Source: Basidiobolus meristosporus CBS 931.73
Lineage: Eukaryota; Fungi; Basidiobolomycota
Length of the DNA stretch: 60,406 nucleotides
Assembly (NCBI GenBank): GCA_002104905.1
Contig: MCFE01000542.1
Coordinates: 1-60,406 of the forward strand
Direction of reading: 5' to 3'
The notes under the pieces were generated by a model that was given only the letters and a program-made list of their open reading frames with translations, made no database searches and was not told the origin of the DNA. Shown in pieces: positions 22,201-33,270 of the stretch (position 1 is the stretch's first letter; the number at the start of each line of letters is the position of its first letter). The translations under genes were made by a program, and so were the position numbers.

Positions 22201-23559
22201 CTCTGTTGCCTTTGTGCTCTCATTGGTTGTGGAGTCGTGAGTGGGGCTGTGAGTAGTCAAGCTACTAGTAGCGTGGCTTGCGGATGGCTTGCTGGATTCA
22301 GAAGTCTCAACATGCTTCTGGCTCTCTGAATCACCACTCTTAACTGGTGTGGAGGTTACTTGGCTAGAGGCAGACTTGGACTTGAGGGTTTCAGTGGTGC
22401 TTGGTTCGGACTTCGATTTCTCGATGGTACTATGTGATACGGATGTGTTGGTGGCCTTGTGAGACTCAGTGGATTTGGTTGTCTCGTGAGACGCGGAGCT
22501 GTTCGCGACACTGCGAGCACTCGAATGATCAGTTGGTTCTGAATGAGCACTTAATGCACTGGACTTGTGTGCTTCAGTACTAGAATGGCTTTCTGTTGGC
22601 TTGACTACCTTCTTGTGCTCGTTGTACCACTTACAGATCTCGGCTTCCTGTCCTTCTGCCTCCATCATGGCAAAGAATCCACAGTCGTTGCTAATAATAC
22701 ACTCCAAGTTGTCTTTGAGGAACTGACCATGGCCAGGATTGCTATCATCACAGAGACATGAGAACGAGTCAACAAAGTTGGGGCTGTGGATGTCCTGAGT
22801 GTACTTGGACCAGCACTTCTTGCCCGCCTTGAGCGAGCAGTCAGTAATGCACTTGTTGGGAGATGGGAAGGGGAAGTAGTTGGATGGTCTGGGAATCCAG
22901 GTAGGCTGAGCATCAGTGGTTGTTGGGGCCTCTGAAGTCTCATTGCCCCCCGAGGAGTGATGGGATGTCGGAGTGGTAGCACTTCTATGGGGTACAGAGG
23001 TCTCACCCACTGAGCGAGATTCCGAGTGATGAGGACTCTTTGGCTGGGAACTCTCAATGGATGAGAGGGTTGCATGACTGGAGGTAACATTGCTCGGCTC
23101 GGAGGCCACTGAACTACTGTGTGTCGATGAATCGATCGATTTGGTACTAGCTGTAGGTTGAGAGATTTGACTTGTAGTGCTTCGTACTGACACTATAGTT
23201 GAGGACAACGTATGTGGTTTTACCGTGGGCCTGTGCTCTTGGTACCAATCACATACAGTGCTGTTATTGCTTTGGTAGTCGGACCAATCAATCCAATGCC
23301 AAAAGCAATTGTTGGAATAACAGTTTGACACTTCATTGGTGTACTCGGTAGTTTTGTAGCTACTGCCGCATTGGCAGGACAAGGATTCGATAAAGTGTGG
23401 ATTGCTTGGATCAAGCGTGTAATCAGGCAGACACTTCTGACCGGCTTGCATAAAACACTGTTCAAGACAACTGCCGAAGTTCATGTTGGGAGGGTTGGCG
23501 GATGCTGAAACGACAGCAGCCATTGTAAGGCCAGTGACGGCCTTGGTAGTAATATGCAT
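19237..23559 (-). CDS. Gene A: secreted mucin-like protein with 3 Cys-rich (CFEM-like) domains and C-terminal CBM19-like module, 1440 aa
   Basis: Intronless ORF with hydrophobic signal peptide, 8-Cys domains, S/T/H/E/K-rich linkers and C-terminus SCINGTYECVDSG..FTVCANG..CAVGTVC..IICDWA. TATAAATA at 23615-23622. Confidence 0.88.
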   Translation of the reverse strand: MHITTKAVTGLTMAAVVSASANPPNMNFGSCLEQCFMQAGQKCLPDYTLDPSNPHFIESLSCQCGSSYKTTEYTNEVSNCYSNNCFWHWIDWSDYQSNNSTVCDWYQEHRPTVKPHTLSSTIVSVRSTTSQISQPTASTKSIDSSTHSSSVASEPSNVTSSHATLSSIESSQPKSPHHSESRSVGETSVPHRSATTPTSHHSSGGNETSEAPTTTDAQPTWIPRPSNYFPFPSPNKCITDCSLKAGKKCWSKYTQDIHSPNFVDSFSCLCDDSNPGHGQFLKDNLECIISNDCGFFAMMEAEGQEAEICKWYNEHKKVVKPTESHSSTEAHKSSALSAHSEPTDHSSARSVANSSASHETTKSTESHKATNTSVSHSTIEKSKSEPSTTETLKSKSASSQVTSTPVKSGDSESQKHVETSESSKPSASHATSSLTTHSPTHDSTTNESTKATETHKATVSHSSSETSKSESGTIATAKSESKTGHESSTPTKSSESKSQKHVETSVSSKATSSYAPHSSAKSIEAASQHHTESHSESKAPVSHSTTTTSAAHGSSASSETSEAPTTTDAQPTWIPRPSNYFPFPPPNKCITDCSLKAGKKCWSKYTQDIHSPNFVDSFSCLCDDSNPGHGQFLKDNLECIVSNDCGFFAMMEAEGQQAEICKWYNEHKKVVKPTESHSSTEAPKSTASSAHSESTDHSSARSVANSSASHETTKSTESHKATITSVSHSTIEKSSKPSSSHATSSLTTHSPTHDSTTNESTKATETHKATVSAVSTVSHSSSDTSKSESSTIATAKSESKTGHESSTPIKSSESKSQKHVETSVSSKATSSYALHSSAKSIESASQHHTESHSDSHKHLETSMSSKVNSSQATPSSNGSATSYTHQHTESHSGSETPKSNIPSVHSESSELSSVHSTTHNSASHKTLKSTESHKAIETPISHSSSEALKSTASTSEIIESKSTPSQSASDEHSKSDERSTAHNTPSDTTSHEAPKPTESHLVSGTSSSHSSTGKSKATESRKATDSSASSSSVVTTKPHGSTKATESQHTAQTTGKHHSTESHKDTEPKTVHQSTDSTKAHKSTANVESHKPTVVSGSHKATESHMTSETSDAHKSTDTLESRRSVPTSEAHKASEISSAHKSNAITSSHKATETTQSHMTSETSNTHRPVDTVESHQPTVTSESHQTSKTVETGNIHKPTETAESHKDTEHHTAHKSTETPDSHRSFETSVSSKAKAVSESNKSTETSVAHRSMETTESHETHKPTETTETVKSHEEHETISVPKASETHESPKSTVVQTGTKSSESHKVTETSEATVPKETHKASATTEAHKDSHITAHTTDESKSGSATSHPTTSIAPPSCIPNPNTITITTTVTVTPHSHSPKPTEASCINGTYECVDSGKSRLFTVCANGELLRNTCAVGTVCKSFEGSIICDWA

Positions 23560-24417
23560 TTTGCGGGTTACTCTCCGGGCCTTCGCAAACTCACAACTGG
23601 CAAGTGATATTTGATATTTATATGATTTTGCTTTTCAATACAATTACCATAAAAATAGCTTGGCACTCTCATCATTCATAATCTCCCATCATTGTTTTGT
23701 TTACAACCGCTGCTCTCCTACCTGACTTCGATATCCTTTTATTGAAAACCTCACACATTGTGGCATTGTGTGATTGACCATATAGGAAATTCTAACATAT
23801 CAAGTGCTTATCAATTACCATTTGGGTAAAATACCAGTGCTCTAGATATCACCAAATGTTTTCCATTGAGCTATAATGAAGATTTTATCATGGTTTTTGC
23901 CACACTTGATGATTAGGTAAGCCAGTAAAATGGGATTGTGTACTATACACAGTTATTGGAGTGCTCTAAACGTTGGTTAGTGTTGATCAGTGCGTAAACT
24001 ACTTATTTACACAAGCTGGAACTCTTCAAAATGATGTTGACGGCAGTCAATTTCGCTGTTATCCGAATTCATTGCACTCCTTGGGGCTTCAACGATTGCT
24101 ACTTCATCTACAAACTACTCGTCCGCAGCTAATTTTCAGCCAAAAATTAATTCCTAACAGGATTTTGAGCTTATAAATCGGACAGCTGTATAGTCTAGCA
24201 TTGAATGCGCATATAGCAGCATAAACACCATTACGAATGTGAAATACATTGTGACTTTCTTATATAGTATAGGTCTATTGACAGTAGTCTCAGATATCTC
24301 GGCGAAGATGATCTCAGTAGCCTGGTTATTGGAGCTTGGTCTTTCGTATTGAGGCCTGTAAGATTATATCAGTGTAGAGCTGTGAAATATAAAATCAAAT
24401 AAGCAAGCATAGTGTAT

Positions 24418-24675
24418 AACGACTAGCTGTGTTCAAAGCACAGATGGCAAGTTTCCAAACGAAACCTGGGACTGTTAAAAAAGCAGTTGGCTCGAGTGAT
24501 CTCCGCATGGTAAATGTTGTTCCATTCATTTTAACTTCGTACTAAGTTAGTATTGTATATTCACTGGAAATCAAACCATATAATATCAATTACTCTGCAA
24601 TCCCGTTTATTTCTATAACAATTCTATTTCCAAGAACATGGATTGTTCGTGAATTCGGGGTTGTATAGCAGTGGC
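24418..24675 (+). pseudogene. Duplicated fragment of the ValRS last exon plus downstream intergenic DNA
   Basis: Aligns with 18971-19236 (AACGACTAGC..GTTCAAAG..AGTTTCCAAACGAA..CCTGGGACT); carries a 1-nt insertion. Confidence 0.8.
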
Positions 24676-27600
24676 TTAAGCCCAGTCGCAAATGATGGAG
24701 CCTTGGAAGTTCATGCATACAGTACCAGCTGCGCAGGTATTTCTAATTTGCTTACCGTTCGCACAAACTGTGAAGACTGGGGAATATCCAGAATCAACAC
24801 ATTCGTATGTGCCATTGATGCAACTGGCTTCAGTGGGCTTGGGGGATTGAGAATGGGAGGCGAGTGTCTCCACTGGAGTTACCGTCACTGTAGTGGTGAT
24901 GGTGACAGTGTTGGGATTAGGGATGCAGGAGGGTGGTGCGATGAAGGTGGTAGGATGAGAGGTGGCGCTACCAGACTTGGATTCGTCAGTAGTGTGGGCA
25001 GTGATATGAGAATCCTTGTGAGCTTCAGTGGTTGCAGAGGCCTTGTGGGTTTCTTTGGGTACAGTTGCTTCGGAAGTCTCAGTGACCTTGTGAGACTCGG
25101 ATGATTTGGTACCCGTTTGAACCACGGTAGACTTAGGGGACTCGTGAGTCTCAGTAGCCTTGGGAACGCTGATAGTCTCATGTTCCTCGTGAGATTTGAC
25201 AGTCTCGGTAGTCTCAGTTGGCCTATGGGTCTCATGACTCTCGGTGGTTTCCATCGATCTGTGGGCAACGGAGGTCTCAGTGGATTTGTTGGATTCCGAG
25301 ACTGCCTTGGCCTTGCTGGAAACAGAAGTCTCAAAGGATCTGTGAGAATCGGGGGTCTCGGTTGACTTGTGGGCGGTGTGGTGTTCAGTATCCTTGTGAG
25401 ACTCGGCAGTCTCAGTTGGCTTGTGAATGTTACCAGTCTCAACAGTCTTGGGGGTTTGGCGGGGTTCAGAAGTCACGGTAGGTTGGTGAGATTCCACAGT
25501 GTCCACTGGTCTATGGGTGTTGCTGGTCTCTGAGGTCATGTGGGATTCGGTAGTCTCAGTGGCCTTGTGCGATGAAGTGATCGCATTTGACTTGTGAGCG
25601 CTGCTGATCTCAGAGGCTTTGTGAGCCTCGGATGTAGGGACTGATCTGCGGGACTCCAAAGTATCAGTTGATTTATGGGCATCACTAGTTTCTGAGGTCA
25701 TATGAGACTCAGTGGCCTTGTGAGATCCAGAAACCACTGTTGGCTTATGAGATTCTACGTTTGCGGTGGATTTGTGTGCTTTCGTAGAGTCGGTTGACTG
25801 GTGAACAGTCTTGGGCTCAGTATCCTTGTGAGATTCGGTTGCCTCTGTTGGTTTGACATGGCTGCTGCTCTCCAGGCTCTTGGAGGATTCAGCAGTCATG
25901 TTGGGCTTGTGAGACTCTGGTGCAACAGTTTGTTGATGGGACTTGATGGTCTCAGTTGGCTCGAGAGTGTCGCTGGCCTTGACGGTGGTGGCCTTGGGAG
26001 ATTCGGTGGAATGGTACTTTCCTGTGGTCTGAGCAGTATGTTGTGATTCAGTTGCTTTAGTGGAGCCATGGGGTTTCGTAGTCACCACGGAGCTGGAGGA
26101 AGCGGAGCTATCAGTAGGTTTATGGGTCTCAGTTGATTCTGATTTAATAGATGTTTGGGAAACCAAATGGGATTCGGTTGATTTGGCTGTCTCATGGGAT
26201 GTGGAGACATGTGCGATGCTGTGAACAGTCGAGTGTTCAGCTGACTTGGAATGCTCGCCTGAGATGGATTGACTAGCAGTAGACTTAGATTCAATGGTCT
26301 CAGTTGTGCTAACCGCAGGCCTCAAAGCCCCACTAGAGCTATGTGAAATGGGTGTTTCAATAGCCTCGTGGGACTCGGTTGATTTGAGAGACTCATGAGA
26401 TGCGGAGTGTGTGGTGGCACTATGAATAGATGAACGTCCAGTGGGCACTGAATGAACATTTGGAACACTGGACTTGCGGTTCTCGTTTTCGGAATGAGAT
26501 TCAGTATGTTGCTGAGTATTAAACTTGGTGCTCTTGTTGCTTGATGTGGTTGCCTGACTCGAGATAACCTTACTGGTCATGGAGGTCACAACATGCTTAT
26601 AACTCTTTGATGCACTACTCTTCATGGTTCTGATGGTGGTTTGACTAGCAACAGACCTGGACTCTGTGGCCTTATGGGACTCGGTTACTTTGGTTGTCTC
26701 ATGAGATGCAGAGTCGTGAGTGACATTGCCAACAGTCGAATGTTCAGTCGACTTTGGATGCACGCTTGAGGCACTAGACTTGGGTTTTTCAGTACTAGAA
26801 TGGCTTTCGGTTGGCTTGACTACCTTCTTGTGCTCATTGTACCACTTGCAGATCTCGGCTTCCTGTCCTTCTGCCTCCATCATGGCAAAGAACCCACAGT
26901 CGTTGCTTACAATACACTCCAAATTGTCTTTGAGGAACTGACCATGGCCAGGATTGCTATCATCACAGAGACATGAGAACGAGTCAACAAAGTTGGGGCT
27001 GTGGATGTCCTGAGTGTACTTGGACCAGCACTTCTTGCCCGCCTTGAGCGAGCAGTCAGTTATGCACTTGTTGGGAGATGGGAAGGGGAAGTAGTTGGAT
27101 GGTCTGGGAATCCAGGTAGGCTGAGCATCAGTGGTTGTTGGGGCTTCTGAAGTCTCGGAGCTCACTGAGGAGCCATGCGCTGCAGAGGTGGTTGTGGTGC
27201 TGTGAGATACGGGGCCTTGCTCTCTGAGCGAGATTCGGTGTGATGCTGACTCGCCGACTCGGTGCTCTTGGCAGATGAATGAGGTGCGTAACTTGAAGTA
27301 GCCTTGCTGGACACGGAAGTCTCAACATGCTTCTGGCTCTTTGATTCACTGCTCTTAATCGGTGTATAGCTTTCATGACCAGTCTTCGACTCGGACTTTG
27401 CAGTCGCAATTGTGCTAGACTCGGATTTCGAAGTCTCACTAGAACTATGCGACACGGTTGACACGGCTGACACGGTAGCCTTATGGGTCTCTGTTGCCTT
27501 TGTGTTCTCATTGGTTGTGGAGTCGTGAGTGGGGCTGTGAGTAGTCAAGCTACTAGTAGCGTGGCGTGCGGATGGCTTGCTGGATTCAGAAGACTCAACA

Positions 27601-30600
27601 TGCTTCTGGCTCTCTGAATCACCACTCTTAACTGGTGCGGAGGTTACTTGGCTAGACGCAGACTTGGACTTGGGGGTCTCAGTGGTGCTTGGTTCGGACT
27701 TCGATTTCTCGGTGGTACTATGTGACACGGATGTGTTGGTGGCCTTGTGAGACTCAGTGGATTTGGTTGTCTCGTGAGATACGGAGCTGTTCGCGACGCT
27801 GCGAGCACTCGAATGATCAGTTGATTCTGAATGAGCACTTGATGCAGTGGACTTGTGTGCTTCAGTACTAGAATGGCTTTCTGTTGGCTTGACTACCTTC
27901 TTGTGCTCGTTGTACCACTTGCAGATCTCGGCTTCCTGTCCTTCTGCCTCCATCATGGCAAAGAATCCACAGTCGTTGCTAATAATACACTCCAAATTGT
28001 CTTTGAGGAACTGACCATGGCCAGGATTGCTATCATCACAGAGACATGAGAACGAGTCAACAAAGTTGGGGCTGTGGATGTCCTGAGTGTACTTGGACCA
28101 GCACTTCTTGCCCGCCTTGAGCGAGCAGTCAGTAATGCACTTGTTGGGAGATGGGAAGGGGAAGTAGTTGGATGGTCTGGGAATCCAGGTAGGCTGAGCA
28201 TCAGTGGTTGTTGGGGCTTCTGAAGTCTCGGAGCTCACTGAGGAGCCATGCGCTGCAGAGGTGGTTGTGGTGCTGTGAGATACGGCGGCCTTGCTCTCTG
28301 AGCGAGATTCGGTGTGATGCTGACTCGCCGACTCAGTGCTCTCGGTAGATGAGTGAGGTGCGTAACTTGAAGTAGCCTTGCTGGACACGGAGGTCTCAAC
28401 ATGCTTCTGGCTCTTTGATTCACTGCTCTTAATCGGTGTATAGCTTTCATGACCAGTCTTCGACTCGGACTTTGCAGTCGCAATTGTGCTAGACTCGGAT
28501 TTCGAAGTCTCGTTAGAACTATGCGACACGGTTGGCACGGTTGACACGGTAGCCTTATGGGTCTCTGTTGCCTTTGTGTTCTCATTGGTTGTGGAGTCGT
28601 GAGTGGAGCTGTGAGTAGTCAAGCTGCCAGTAGCGTGGCTTGCGGATGGCTTGCTGGATTCAGAAGACTCAACATGCTTCTGGCTCTTTGAATCACCACT
28701 CTTAACTGGTGTGGAGGTTACTTGGCTAGACGCAGACTTGGACTTGAGGGTTTCAGTGGTGCTTGGTTCGGACTTCGATTTCTCGATGGTACTATGTGAC
28801 ACAGATGTGTTGGTGGCCTTGTGAGACTCTGTGGATTTGGTTGTCTCGTGAGACGCGGAGCTGTTCGCGACACTGCGAGCACTCGAATGATGAGTTGATT
28901 CTGAATGAGCACTTGATGCACTAGATTTGCGTGCTTCAGTACTAGAATGGCTTTCGGTTGGCTTGACTACCTTCTTGTGCTCGTTGTACCACTTACAGAT
29001 CTCGGCTTCCTGTCCTTCTGCCTTCATCATGGCAAAGAATCCACAGTCGTTGCTAATAATACACTCCAAGTTGTCTTTGAGGAACTGACCATGGCCAGGA
29101 TTGCTATCATCACAGAGACATGAGAACGAGTCAACAAAGTTGGGGCTGTGGATGTCCTGAGTGTACTTGGACCAGCACTTCTTGCCCGCCTTTAGCGAGC
29201 AGTCTGTAATGCACTTGTTGGGAGATGGGAAGGGGAAGTAGTTGGATGGTCTGGGAATCCAGGTAGGCTGAGCATCAGTGGTTGTTGGGGTTTCTGAAGT
29301 CTGGGAGCTCACTGAGGAGCCATGCGCTGCAGAGGTGGTTGTGGTGCTGTGAGATACGGCGGCCTTGCTCTCTGAGTGAGACTCGGTGTGATGCTGACTC
29401 GCCGACTCGGTGCTCTCGGTAGATGAATGAGGTGCGTAACTTGAAGTAGCCTTGCTGGACACGGAGGTCTCAACATGCTTCTGGCTCTTTGATTCACTGC
29501 TCTTAATCGGTGTAGAGCTTTCATGATCAGTCTTCGACTCGGACATTGCAGTCGCAATTGTGCTAGACTCGGATTTCGAAGTCTCACTAGAACTATGCGA
29601 CACGGTTGACACGGCTGACACGGTAGCCTTATGGGTCTCTGTTGCCTTTGTGTTCTCATTGGTTGTGGAGTCGTGAGTGGGGCTGTGAGTAGTCAAGCTA
29701 CTAGTAGCGTGGCTTGCGGATGACTTGCTGGATTCAGAAGTCTCAACATGCTTCTGGCTCTCTGAATCACCACTCTTAACTGGTGTGGAGGTTACTTGGC
29801 TAGATGCAGACTTGGGCTTGAGGGTCTCAGTGGTACTTGGTTCGGACTTCGATTTCTCGATGGTACTATGTGACACGGATGTGTTGGTGGCCTTGTGAGA
29901 CTCAGTGGATTTGGTTGTCTCGTGAGACGCGGAGCTGTTCGCGACACTGCGAGCACTCGAATGATCAGTTGATTCTGAATGAGCACTTGATGCAGTGGAC
30001 TTGTGTGCTTCAGTACTAGAATGGCTTTCGGTTGGCTTGACTACCTTCTTGTGCTCATTGTACCACTTGCAGATCTCGGCTTCCTGTCCTTCTGCCTCCA
30101 TCATGGCAAAGAACCCACAGTCGTTGCTTACAATACACTCCAAGTTGTCTTTGAGGAACTGGCCATGGCCAGGATTGCTATCATCACAGAGACATGAGAA
30201 CGAGTCAACAAAGTTGGGGCTGTGGATGTCCTGAGTGTACTTGGACCAGCACTTCTTGCCCGCCTTGAGCGAGCAGTCAGTAATGCACTTGTTGGGAGAT
30301 GGGAAGGGGAAGTAGTTGGATGGTCTGGGAATCCAGGTAGGCTGAGAATCAGTGGTTGTTGGGGCTTCTGAAGTCTCGGAGCTCACTGAGGAGCCATGCG
30401 CTGCAGAGGTGGTTGTGGTGCTGTGAGACTCGGTGTGATGCTCACTCGTCGACTCGATGCTCTTGGTTAATGAATGAGGTGCGTAACTTGAAGTAGCCTT
30501 GCTGGACACGGAGGTCTCAACATGCTTCTGGCTCTTTGAGTCACTGCTCTCAATAGGCTTAGAGGGCATTTGGCTACCCATAGACGCGGGTTTCAAAGTC

Positions 30601-31295
30601 GTACTAGAGCTATCTGATATAGTAATGTGGTGAGTTTGTGTTGATTTGATTGTCTCGTTAGCTGTGGAGTCATGGGCATCACTGTGTTTAGTTGAGCTTT
30701 CAGTTGCAGGAATCGAAGTAGTCGTACTGATAGATTCGGCTTTTGAAGCTACCATAGAACTTTGTGCTCTTAGTGATGAAGTACCATCTTCGGACTTCAC
30801 ACTTTTAACTGTACTAGTAGAGTCGATTGATGACTCGGAGGCTGCTGAACTACTGTGGGTCGATGAATCGATCGATTTGCTACTAGCTGTAGGCTGAGAG
30901 ATCCGACTTGTAGTGCTTCGTACAGACTCGATAGTTGAGGACAACGTATGTGGTTTTACCGTGGGCTTGTGCTCTTGGTACCAATCACATACAGTGCTGT
31001 TATTGCTTTGGTAGTCGGACCAATCAATCCAATGCCAATAGCAATTGTTGGAATAACAGTTTGACACTTGATTGGTGTACTCGGTAGTTTTGTAGCTACT
31101 GCCGCATTGGCAGGACAAGGATTCGATAAAGTGCGGATTGCTTGGATCAAGCGTGTAATCAGGCAGACACTTCTGACCGGCTTGCATAAAACACTGTTCC
31201 AGACAACTGCCGAAGTTCATGTTGGGAGGGTTGGCGGATGCTGAAACGACAGCAGCCATTGTAAGACCAGTGACGGCCTTGGTAGTAATATGCAT
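24676..31295 (-). CDS. Gene B: paralog of A with 5 Cys-rich domains; ~2206 aa if the 1-nt deletion at 27211-27214 is restored
   Basis: Same signal peptide and C-terminus as A. ORFs 27162-31343 and 24676-27165 join if GGGG is read as GGGGG, as in the homologous repeat unit at ~21960. TATAAATA at 31349-31356. Confidence 0.85.
26810..30400 (-). repeat. 1074-bp (358-aa) intragenic tandem repeat in gene B
   Basis: Marker TTGTTGGG recurs at 27068, 28141, 29215 and 30289 (spacings 1073, 1074, 1074); array edges are approximate. Confidence 0.92.
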
Positions 31296-33270
31296 TTTGC
31301 GGGTTACTCTCCGGGCCTTCGCTAACTTACAAGTAGTCAGCAATGTGGTATTTATATGATTTGGCTTTTAAATTCAAACGTTGCATAAATATCTTGGCAT
31401 TTTCGTCGTATGCGATCTGGAACCAACGTTATGTTGACAGTATTTCAAATGTTGATAATATTTGCTCTGTTCCCTGACCTCGAAGTCACTCCCAGACTGC
31501 ACCTTACCTGTACTAGATTCTATTGAAATCAACACACATGGATGTCCCAAATCGATTAACCCATTAGGGAAATCTCAGCATAATTGTGATGAATGAGGAA
31601 TTAGACAAAGTCAGTTAAAACTGCTCGTTTGCTCGTAATAACCATGGATTGTTCTTTAAATTTCTTGTACGTGTTTGTGAATTGTATATAATCTACTAGT
31701 ACAACAGGATGGCATTTACTCTTACTATTCAAGTCACAACAAAATGATACGACATCACGATTTATGTCGGCTTGCCTAGTCTAACAAAGAGAAGATAGGC
31801 TGGTGTAGAACAGATGGCCCAGATTTCGGTATCCAACCATGGAATGGCTCTGTGTTACACCCAGAACGCCTACTTGGGACTGATTTTTTTTCCAAGGATC
31901 GGATGACGAATATATCAATCACATTGCAAATTCCCATGGGATCAGATGGAAGGTATCATATTATAGGAATGCTGAACAGTAACGAAGTGAATGGCGTGAT
32001 ATTACAAAGTAACCGAAATGTCAATAATTCCGTTTATGCGAGGTAACTGATCAGCAGTCAAAAAGACAATATCACAAAGTCACAGGCCGAATCTACTCTA
32101 ACGGCTACCAAGTTAGCGGTACTTGGTGATGCAGAGCAATGATATTTATATAAGTGCATCATCCTTCCCCAGCAACTTTATTAAGGCGATCCGTTTGTTT
32201 ACATCAGCCCACTTTGCTTCAAATAGTGCAAATGCTTATTCTTTGAACATTTACGTTTGTTGCACCAAGTTTTCGCAAGTACACTTTCGGAAGGATCATA
32301 TGAACAATCCGAGTTTCTGGAGTAACTTTGATTATTTCAAGTATGATGTTTAAATTTCATCAATTTGCTTGTTGTTTATTTCTCTTATCTCTAGAAGTTT
32401 CTTTGGTACAACCACCAATACCCCTTTATCGCTATCTTACCTATACCCAGTCCTAGACTTCCCTTATATTCGGCTATCACCAATAGGTACTCAATATGGC
32501 TGTCGAAGTCAAGAGCTGATGTTCACCAGGCCACTCATTACCAATGATGGAACGAAACGTGCTCATGAGCTAACTGTCTAGAGTTTAAGAGCCAGTGAAC
32601 AGCGTTGAGATACCCAAGTTTAGCATACACCGATGTACATCAGATTAGCATACATAGATGTACCATCATTTATTACAAATTGTATGGGCTCCGTATTGTA
32701 ATTAGTCATGCAGCTTGCTACTTTGTACTGGGTGCTTTGTCATATACCAGATAAACCAAAGTCGTAACATTTTCCCTATTAGGCATTGAGGTCTACCTGT
32801 ATTCTGCATGCAAAATGCCCGATTTTGTTTGTTTTGAATTAGACACCGATCCGAGCTAATTCTATTGGTGGTGTCGATCGATCTGATGGATCGGGATGAC
32901 TTAGCCGAGATCATGCACCTAACTATTTCAGGAAGCTACAGAAGTGAGGTACTACAGAATTTGGAATGTTCATCCTATGACAATGGTGCTTCTAATTTTA
33001 TCTTCCGAATGATCCTTCTAGGCCTCCACCTATTCATAGCAACTCGTCCTCTAAGCATAAATTCAATAAGAGCACTTCGCCTCATACGGAGTGTGCATAA
33101 TTTACACTTGATTGCCAACCGAGGTTAAATATGACGTATAAGCTGATGGGAATTTAGGATAGAATCCATGCTTTTGGATTTTATTTCAAAAAGATGACCA
33201 ATATTCTATGAGTGCTAGCTCAAAAAATCAATTATTTTACAAGAAAGGCAAAGACGTTATTCCAGATCGC

